Part shown: positions 1 through 5,558 of the stretch, piece after piece
How the letters are laid out: each line of letters starts with the position of its first letter
Position numbering within the stretch: the first letter of the stretch is position 1
From: Candidatus Micrarchaeota archaeon
Lineage (GTDB): Archaea > Micrarchaeota > Micrarchaeia > Anstonellales > Bilamarchaeaceae
Length of the DNA: 13,760 nucleotides
Assembly: GCA_018304385.1 (NCBI GenBank)
Contig: JAGVWJ010000040.1
Location: 1-13,760 of the forward strand
Direction of reading: 5' to 3'
Notes under the pieces: model-generated
Told to the model about the DNA's origin: nothing
What the model saw: the letters and a program-made list of their open reading frames with translations, nothing else
Database searches by the model: none
Made by a program: the position numbers and the translations under genes

Positions 1-67
1 AATAACATTATTTTAAAATCTATGAGGAAATACAACATGATTTAAATTTTACCCTACCAATCAAATC

Positions 68-970
68 ATGCAGTTCCCATGCGGTGATGTAACCATTGCT
101 TTAGACCATGGCAATGGAGATGTTAGTTTTGTTTCCCATGCACATAGCGATCATTTAAACGGAGTTAGAAGAAAAGAAAAAATTATTGCTAGTGAAGAGA
201 CGATTGCGCTTGCAGAACTAAAAGGAACGCAGCATAATCTGCAAAATGTTAAGCTAATTAACGCTGGCCATATTCTAGGAGCACGACAAATTATAGTTGA
301 GAATGATGGCAGCAAGGCTGTTTATACTGGTGATATTTGTTTAAGAGATAACTTAATTGCTAAAGGCGCAGATATCGTGGAATGCGACCACCTAATTATA
401 GAAGCAACATATGCTGATCCATTTTATAAATTTCCTCCTTATGAAGAGGTTTGCGAACAGATGGCAAAATGGATTAAGGAAAATTATGAAAAAGGTGCAA
501 ACATTGTTATTGGTTGTTATGAATTAGGAAAGGCGCAAGAACTAGTTAAGTTATTGAACAATTACTGCAATATCGCACCATTAGTTAATGAAAAGACGAA
601 TAGATTCTGTGAGGTTTATGAAAAATTTGGTGTGAAATTAGATCACGTACTTATAGGTAGTGATGAGGCAGAAGAGATGATGAAAAAACCATTTGTTGCG
701 CTTGTGCCTATGCGCAATGGCAAAAGATACTTTGCGCGGAAGATTGCTGAGGCATTTAATCGCGAAACGCTTGTTGCAATTGCCACCGGTTGGGCAATGA
801 GATATGGATTTAATGTGGATATGGCGTTCCCATTAAGCGATCATGCGGATCATCATGATTTGAAATATTATATAGAACAAAGCAATGCGAAAGAAGTTGA
901 ATTTTTCTCTGGAGATGGGTCCTCCTTGTTAGGTAATAAACCATTAAACCCAAGGCTATCTATTTTTTAA
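68..970 (+). CDS. MBL-fold metallo-hydrolase, beta-CASP family (putative RNA-processing or DNA-repair exonuclease)
   Basis: 300-aa ORF with the metallo-beta-lactamase/beta-CASP motifs in order: SHAHSDH (HxHxDH), AGHILG, YTGD, EATY, GKAQE and C-terminal SDHAD. A TTTAAA element at 41-46 lies about 22 nt before the ATG. Confidence 0.88.
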   Translation: MQFPCGDVTIALDHGNGDVSFVSHAHSDHLNGVRRKEKIIASEETIALAELKGTQHNLQNVKLINAGHILGARQIIVENDGSKAVYTGDICLRDNLIAKGADIVECDHLIIEATYADPFYKFPPYEEVCEQMAKWIKENYEKGANIVIGCYELGKAQELVKLLNNYCNIAPLVNEKTNRFCEVYEKFGVKLDHVLIGSDEAEEMMKKPFVALVPMRNGKRYFARKIAEAFNRETLVAIATGWAMRYGFNVDMAFPLSDHADHHDLKYYIEQSNAKEVEFFSGDGSSLLGNKPLNPRLSIF

Positions 971-985
971 GTGGGAAACCCAATA

Positions 986-994
986 TTATTAATA
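986..994 (+). promoter_or_regulatory. Putative TATA box for the tRNA-His transcript
   Basis: TTATTAATA preceded by purine-rich GGGAAA (BRE-like). Archaeal spacing puts the start site near 1017-1023, upstream of the 1023-1062 hairpin. No comparable TATA lies 25-30 nt before 1075. Confidence 0.45.
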
Positions 995-1022
995 GTTTTG
1001 AACCAATAGTTTAATCTCTTAT

Positions 1023-1062
1023 GGCCACGATCAGTTTGAACTACGGTTCAAATCTCGTGGCC
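1023..1062 (+). ncRNA. Hairpin copying the tRNA-His acceptor stem (minihelix-like element in the tRNA 5' leader)
   Basis: GGCCACGA (1023-1030) pairs perfectly with TCGTGGCC (1055-1062). Both are identical to tRNA-His positions -1..7 and 66..73. The inner 7-bp stem TTTGAAC/GTTCAAA is closed by a cUACGg (UNCG) tetraloop. The structure is seen directly; its function is unknown. Confidence 0.6.
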
Positions 1063-1090
1063 GCATATTCGTTTGGCCACGATAGTGTAG

Positions 1091-1131
1091 AGCCTTGAAC
1101 AAAGTTCAAGATTTGTCCGCAAGGCGTACAA
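1091..1131 (+). other. tRNA intron 1 (41 nt, non-canonical position 15/16, D-loop)
   Basis: Relaxed BHB: central helix GTGT 1085-1088 / GTAC 1126-1129 (two G-U pairs), bulges AGA 1089-1091 and AAT 1130-1132, intron-side helix GCC(TT)/(AA)GGC. The exon-side helix is weak. Confidence 0.82.
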
Positions 1132-1153
1132 TGGTTAGCATGGAGGCCTGTGG

Positions 1154-1212
1154 TTGTGCATTTTAGGAAAAGGCACCCCAAAACGGGGAAGTTAATTAAA
1201 ACTTCAACAGAC
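1154..1212 (+). other. tRNA intron 2 (59 nt, canonical position 37/38)
   Basis: Canonical BHB: central helix CTGT 1148-1151 / ACAG 1207-1210, bulges GGT 1152-1154 and ACA 1211-1213. It is flanked by the anticodon stem and by TG/CA. Confidence 0.92.
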
Positions 1213-1227
1213 AGCCTTAGACCCGAG

Positions 1228-1285
1228 TCCCGCCTTTTAGGAAAAGGCGGCCTAAAACCGTCACTTCAAAAAAGTCGGGTGGGAT
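1228..1285 (+). other. tRNA intron 3 (58 nt, non-canonical position 53/54, T-arm)
   Basis: Full BHB: central helix CCCG 1222-1225 / TGGG 1280-1283, bulges AGT 1226-1228 and ATT 1284-1286. The intron-side helix is CCCG/CGGG and the exon-side helix is GA/TC. Confidence 0.9.
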
Positions 1286-1305
1286 TTCGAATCTCGGTCG
1301 TGGCC

Positions 1306-1318
1306 TTTTCTTTTTTTT
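1306..1318 (+). terminator. Oligo-T terminator-like tract after tRNA-His
   Basis: TTTTCTTTTTTTT starts immediately after C73. U-rich tracts are the established archaeal intrinsic termination signal. Confidence 0.65.
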
Positions 1319-1637
1319 AAACCTTAACCTCACATAATATATGCACACCCTTAAGTGCGGAATCAACTGCAGTATTGGATTTACTAAATTTCGCCCTAAG
1401 TTGCACAGTCGTGCCTGGTTCAACTCCGCGTGTCTGCAGATCTTTTGCTAGTCTCTCATAAAAAGTCTCAATGATAGTATTATCTAAAACTGCTTTAATT
1501 ATTGCAATTGGCACGCTTGTTTTAATGTCCAGTGGTTTTAGCATTCTTTTTCCGTTTTTTTCAAGTACTTTATAAAATAATAATTCTACTCTTTCATTTG
1601 CTACAGCTTGCCTCTCCATTCTTCTTAGATTAACCAT
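1317..1637 (-). CDS. Hypothetical protein (106 aa; alternative ATG at 1619)
   Basis: Fills the gap between the tRNA and the GGCT gene, has ordinary soluble-protein composition, and has an upstream TATA at 1681-1688. No family recognised. Confidence 0.65.
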   Translation of the reverse strand: MVNLRRMERQAVANERVELLFYKVLEKNGKRMLKPLDIKTSVPIAIIKAVLDNTIIETFYERLAKDLQTRGVEPGTTVQLRAKFSKSNTAVDSALKGVHILCEVKV

Positions 1638-1679
1638 AACAATTATTCTTAATGGATTGTTTTAAATCCCCTTCATATA

Positions 1680-1689
1680 GTTTATAAAC
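1680..1689. promoter_or_regulatory. Self-complementary TATA box in a divergent intergenic region
   Basis: GTTTATAAAC is palindromic and contains the archaeal consensus TTTATAAA. It lies between the divergent starts at 1637 and 1720. Confidence 0.55.
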
Positions 1690-1719
1690 CTTATGCAACC
1701 ACGTTAATAAACATTTTGA

Positions 1720-2175
1720 GTGATGAGCATGGTTCTTTATTTCGCATACGGATCAAATATGTCAACCAAGCAGCTTCGAGAGCGAGGAATAAAACCAAAG
1801 CGTTCATTTGTAGCGGAGTTACGAAGGCACAAACTCGATTTTAATAAACAAGGAAGCGATGGTTCTGGAAAAGCAAATGTCGAACGCGATGAGAGCAACA
1901 AGGTTTTAGGTGTTGTTTTTGAAATTACACAAAGCGACTTGGCAGAATTAGATCGCTATGAAGGCGCTCCTACACATTACGGAAGAAAAAATGTTACAGT
2001 TATATCAGAAGAAGGAGAAAGCTGCAGAGCAATAACGTATGTTGCAGTTAGAAAAGCAGAAGGCCTTAGACCAAAGGCAGCATATGTTAGAAAAATTATA
2101 GAAGGTGCAGTAGAAGCTGGCTTGCCATGGACATATATTGAACCATTGCACATACTTTTATCTGGTTTGGAATAA
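1720..2175 (+). CDS. Gamma-glutamylcyclotransferase (GGCT/AIG2-like) family protein
   Basis: N-terminal YFAYGSNM signature, G.ANV, V.GVVFEI and LDRYEG with the catalytic Glu, then a Y.R motif. Start could be GTG 1720, ATG 1723 or ATG 1729. Confidence 0.88.
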   Translation: MMSMVLYFAYGSNMSTKQLRERGIKPKRSFVAELRRHKLDFNKQGSDGSGKANVERDESNKVLGVVFEITQSDLAELDRYEGAPTHYGRKNVTVISEEGESCRAITYVAVRKAEGLRPKAAYVRKIIEGAVEAGLPWTYIEPLHILLSGLE

Positions 2176-3381
2176 TTAGCTTCCGACCTGTTGCTTTGCG
2201 TATTCCATAAATTCAATTGCAATTGGCATAAAATTTTTAAGCGCTTCTCTGGAATACAAGTACCTGGTATTGTTAATAAGTTTATCAAGCAAGTCTTTAT
2301 TCATATAACTCTTATATACTCCTGCAAAGGCATTAGGCAAACCTGCCCAAAACATATATGGGTAAGCCTCTCTTTTCAGATATTGTTCTCTCTGGTCTTT
2401 TAGATCAATTCCTTCTTCTTTATACTTTTCTTGATAGTGCTTAGGAATTTCTATGTCAAATCGCTTAAATCTTAACCACGAAAAAAATATGAGGGCACTT
2501 GTTAATTCTTTTTTCTCATCACTAGTTAACCTAGTATACCGCTCTATAACGAAATCATAAACAAGGCTCATCGCACTGTGATGGTCTAGATGTTTTTCAA
2601 ATTCTTCGTCAACACCTCCTGCGTACAATAAGCTAGATAATGCATCTTGAAATTCTCTTCTGGATTGCGCACTTAGAGCTGTTGAATAGATATCGTGTAA
2701 AATTTCATGAACCACAACTTCTGATGATATTTCCTCTTTCTTTTTATAGTATAGTATATTATACTCGGAACATGCCTCGTCACATGCAGCAATTTCATAA
2801 CCGTGGGTGTCATAAATCTTAAAAGCTTCTGCTCTAGTATATTGTCCAGCAGCTCCACTTAATGATGTTTCTTCCTCTTCGGTAGGTTGAGAAATCAAAT
2901 AAACATTGTTTTCCAGAATTTCTATAACGGCTGGATTTCCCAAATTTAAACTATTTTCAATAGAAGGCACCACCTGTTCTTCCATGTACTTCCTCAAGTT
3001 AGCCCGAACCTTACCTGGAATTTTCTCTGGTGAAGAGTATGTGTTTCTCAAACCATCATATTTTGTTTGAGATGGAAATAGGCCTAAAGAAACATCTTCA
3101 ATCTCAAAACCGCCATTTTCTCTTTTCATTATTTTAAATGCTGGAAGCCATACCAAACCTTCTTTTGGAATTTCTTGGTGCTCCTCTTTTGGTGTAACTA
3201 GAAAGCGATCGTCCCCGCAACCAGTTATCATCCCAATAGCAATAAAGGGAGACAAAACAGCACCAACTGCATAGCCCGCAATTTTCTTCCATGTAGGAAT
3301 TTCTTTTTTAACCGGTATGATTATTGGTTTAAACTTTTCTTTTTCTTCATCTTCTGGCCTCTTTAATGCAGCTTTTACCAT
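2176..3381 (-). CDS. Membrane-anchored or lipoprotein-like protein with HEXXH zinc-metallopeptidase motif
   Basis: Charged N-terminus, hydrophobic segment IAGYAVGAVLSPFIAIGMITGC ending in Cys, VVVHEILHD (2695-2709) and a downstream REAY Glu as candidate third ligand. The family is not recognised. Confidence 0.65.
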   Translation of the reverse strand: MVKAALKRPEDEEKEKFKPIIIPVKKEIPTWKKIAGYAVGAVLSPFIAIGMITGCGDDRFLVTPKEEHQEIPKEGLVWLPAFKIMKRENGGFEIEDVSLGLFPSQTKYDGLRNTYSSPEKIPGKVRANLRKYMEEQVVPSIENSLNLGNPAVIEILENNVYLISQPTEEEETSLSGAAGQYTRAEAFKIYDTHGYEIAACDEACSEYNILYYKKKEEISSEVVVHEILHDIYSTALSAQSRREFQDALSSLLYAGGVDEEFEKHLDHHSAMSLVYDFVIERYTRLTSDEKKELTSALIFFSWLRFKRFDIEIPKHYQEKYKEEGIDLKDQREQYLKREAYPYMFWAGLPNAFAGVYKSYMNKDLLDKLINNTRYLYSREALKNFMPIAIEFMEYAKQQVGS

Positions 3382-3403
3382 ACTTTAGCTATCTGCTAAA
3401 CGA

Positions 3404-3411
3404 TTTATATA
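3404..3411. promoter_or_regulatory. Central TATA element of a divergent, probably leaderless gene pair
   Basis: TTTATATA lies about 23 nt from both start codons (3381 minus, 3435 plus), the spacing expected for leaderless archaeal transcripts. Confidence 0.55.
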
Positions 3412-3434
3412 TTTAATCATCTAATAAGTTAATC

Positions 3435-3710
3435 ATGGCAGGCATAAGAAAAGTAGTACTAGATGTTTTAATCCCTCTCCAGATTTCAAGCATAGACCTA
3501 GCGAAAAAACTAAGCAAGATGAAAGGAGTAGACGGTGTGGATATTAATATTCACGAAGTAGAGCGCAAGGTAGAAATTGCCAAGCTTACTATTATTGGAG
3601 ACGAATTGGATTTTGATCTGCTTAAAAAATCAATTGAGGATACGGGCGCATCAATCCAAAGCGTAGATCGGGTTCTAGCTGGAAAAAATGTTGTTGAGTG
3701 GGTAGAGTAG
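3435..3710 (+). CDS. DUF211 family protein
   Basis: IRKVVLDVL, GVDGVDI, TIIGDELDFD and GASIQSVDRVLAG match the archaeal DUF211 pattern. The adjacent VIT1/CCC1-like gene is its usual neighbour. Confidence 0.85.
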   Translation: MAGIRKVVLDVLIPLQISSIDLAKKLSKMKGVDGVDINIHEVERKVEIAKLTIIGDELDFDLLKKSIEDTGASIQSVDRVLAGKNVVEWVE

Positions 3711-4301
3711 TTGCTAACATTTGTTATGAAGTATGTAGAGCGCATTGTAAGATACGATAAGATTACTAGTATGAGTGAGATCCTAAGAAGATATTTTGTA
3801 ATGAACGCATTTGATGGCGCGCTAACTACTTTTGGTGTTTTGATTGGTGCGTTTGTTGGCGGTATAAAAGATCCTTCGCTCGTAATTAAAGTCGGACTAG
3901 CAACATCTGTAGCAGTTGGAGTATCAGGATTCACTGGTGCATTCTTCACAGAAAGCGCAGAGCGCAAGCGCGAGCTAAAGCAAATAGAAGTAGCTGTTCA
4001 TAGAAAACTAGATAAAACCGAGCTGCATAGGGCGTATTCATTTGCAAGTTTTGCTACTGCATTAGTTGATGGATTATCTCCTTTTACTGCATCTCTTTTT
4101 ATATTATCGCCATTCCTGTTTTCATTTGGTGGTTTAACAATTGAGTCATTATATTACTATTCCTTTGGCTTTGCTATAATATCATTTTTCTTGCTCGGTG
4201 CATTCTTAGGAAAGGTATCAAAAGAAAATATTATTTTAACCGGATTAAAACTAGTTTTAGCAGGGGTAGTTTGTATGGGTATAATTATGCTTATTGAATG
4301 A
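3711..4301 (+). CDS. VIT1/CCC1-related membrane protein (TIGR00267-like; putative Fe/Mn transporter)
   Basis: RRYFVMNAFDG motif, G.AVGVSG...TESAER, and about 5 hydrophobic segments. It is in an operon with DUF211. Start is TTG 3711 or ATG 3726. Confidence 0.82.
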   Translation: MLTFVMKYVERIVRYDKITSMSEILRRYFVMNAFDGALTTFGVLIGAFVGGIKDPSLVIKVGLATSVAVGVSGFTGAFFTESAERKRELKQIEVAVHRKLDKTELHRAYSFASFATALVDGLSPFTASLFILSPFLFSFGGLTIESLYYYSFGFAIISFFLLGAFLGKVSKENIILTGLKLVLAGVVCMGIIMLIE

Positions 4302-4318
4302 CCACGGTAATAGCTTAA

Positions 4319-5506
4319 TTATAGTCTGTTCGTACAATATTGCTTATCTTCTTCAGGTGCATGCAAATTACATGATTCTCTAATCTGGTCCTTAGGTGTT
4401 CCAAGATTAATATTTAGATAACTAATTGCATCTCTATAACAATAATCTTTCAGCTCATTATCCAATTTAGAACAGAATGGAAATGCATAATATCCATTCC
4501 ATGTATTATCAAGCAGCGCGTAAATCAATCCGCTTATATAGTCTTTTTTATATTCCTCATCAAGCTTTTTTAGATCTTCATAAGGTGCATCATTCTTAAT
4601 TCTGATATAATTAGACCGATCTCTGCCAAGACTCTTAAAACAGGTATTGACGTGCTCACCTGCTTTTTTGCAAGTATCGCTCATTTTCTCAATATCCTCG
4701 CCAAATATTTCTATCATTACTGAAGTTTGCATTAAATAGCATTGGTATCTGTATTTGCTATCAATGCCATCACATGGGTATAATGGTGACTCGAGTCTGA
4801 TCCATCTCGTTTCTTTATTTACTGATACAACATTCTCCATAAATATGCCGCCATAGCATGATTCTTTTTGGAAAGATGTATCGAGTGCATCGCAGATATC
4901 AAGAGAAAGCGTAAGATTATTATCTACATAAAACTGGATTGCATGACCCATACCATGCAGGCACTGGAAGTTTTCCTTGGTATCATCTTCAAGCTCTTTA
5001 CATGCAACCTTTACTTTTTCTTTCATTTGAGCAATTGTGACATGGGGATCGTAATCGTCCTGATAGCTGTCACCTAAAAAGAATGCCTGAATTGCACCAT
5101 GATAACATCCAGCATGGCAGGTTTGCACGCATTCGTTAAATGCATCTGGGATACTATTATTAAATTTTCTATAGGTTTCTCTGCCTATTGCATGTACAAT
5201 ATCATGACAGGATAATCTTAGGCTATTATCTTTGTTTGCTGCATCGTCAATTTCCTGAAGCGCTTGCTTTGCTGTTTTAAAATGCATTTTTTCTTTGATA
5301 AACTGATCGTAGCACTTTTCCTGCTCTTTTTTTGTTGGTCTTTCTGAACATTCTTTAATTTCTGACATTTCCCTTTCTTTTAGAGATTCGCTTTTTGTGT
5401 CTGAAATGGTTTCATTTTTTATTTTGTTTGTATCTTTTTTAGTATTAGCGCAACCAAAAAGCAGAAGAAGTACTATACCTAATAACAAAAACCAATATGG
5501 ACGCAT
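4319..5506 (-). CDS. Cys/His-rich repeat lipoprotein-like exported protein
   Basis: Start placed at ATG 5506 (MRPYWFLLLGIVLLLLFGC, signal peptide plus Cys). It has 18 further Cys in C-x(9-12)-C[YF] pairs and the His clusters CHDIVHAIG, CHAGCYHG and CLHGMGHA. Confidence 0.75.
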   Translation of the reverse strand: MRPYWFLLLGIVLLLLFGCANTKKDTNKIKNETISDTKSESLKEREMSEIKECSERPTKKEQEKCYDQFIKEKMHFKTAKQALQEIDDAANKDNSLRLSCHDIVHAIGRETYRKFNNSIPDAFNECVQTCHAGCYHGAIQAFFLGDSYQDDYDPHVTIAQMKEKVKVACKELEDDTKENFQCLHGMGHAIQFYVDNNLTLSLDICDALDTSFQKESCYGGIFMENVVSVNKETRWIRLESPLYPCDGIDSKYRYQCYLMQTSVMIEIFGEDIEKMSDTCKKAGEHVNTCFKSLGRDRSNYIRIKNDAPYEDLKKLDEEYKKDYISGLIYALLDNTWNGYYAFPFCSKLDNELKDYCYRDAISYLNINLGTPKDQIRESCNLHAPEEDKQYCTNRL

Positions 5507-5543
5507 AGATAAATTTCTATCCGCTTTATTTTTTAATCTTATA

Positions 5544-5557
5544 CTGTTATATAACAG
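5544..5557. promoter_or_regulatory. Perfect 14-bp palindrome (candidate operator or TATA) just before the nre start
   Basis: CTGTTATATAACAG is its own reverse complement. It ends 2 nt before ATG 5559 and lies in the 52-nt divergent spacer. Confidence 0.45.
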
Positions 5558-5558
5558 C

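Larger units (their letters stand above)
1075..1305 (+). tRNA. trnH: tRNA-His (anticodon GUG) with three introns
   Basis: Removing 1091-1131, 1154-1212 and 1228-1285 gives a 73-nt cloverleaf GGCCACGATAGTGTAGTGGTTAGCATGGAGGCCTGTGGAGCCTTAGACCCGAGTTCGAATCTCGGTCGTGGCC. It has acceptor stem GCCACGA/TCGTGGC, D-loop AGTGGTTA, anticodon GTG (1150-1152), T-arm CCGAG-TTCGAAT-CTCGG, genomic G-1 (1075) and discriminator C73 (1305). CCA is not encoded. Confidence 0.95.

Noticed and set aside
1092-1132. Alternative register for intron 1 (central helix TGTA/TACA, junction 16/17)
   Set aside because: It leaves only a 1-bp intron-side helix and gives D-loop AGAGGTTA. The 1091-1131 register has a 3-5 bp flanking helix and the typical AGTGGTTA loop.
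1091-1285. C/D-box guide RNA encoded in the tRNA introns (as in euryarchaeal tRNA-Trp)
   Set aside because: No RTGATGA or CTGA boxes occur in any of the three introns.
1022-1305. Repeats TGGCCACGAT and TCGTGGCC as a CRISPR array or attL/attR of an integrated element
   Set aside because: There are only two short copies with no regular spacers, no cas or integrase gene, and no cargo between them. The repeats are the tRNA acceptor-stem strands.
1217-1423. 68-aa minus-strand ORF
   Set aside because: It is antisense to tRNA-His exons and intron 3 and overlaps the 1317-1637 gene. Its KKKKR run merely reflects the oligo-T terminator.
1977-2858. Short ORFs 1977-2288, 2191-2403, 2640-2822 and 2673-2858
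   Set aside because: They are shadow or alternate-frame ORFs inside the GGCT and HEXXH genes, with no motifs or start signals.
5100-5140. CVQTCH as a c-type heme-binding motif
   Set aside because: It is CX3CH rather than canonical CXXCH, occurs once, and fits the protein's general Cys-pair pattern. No cytochrome c maturation genes are in the window.
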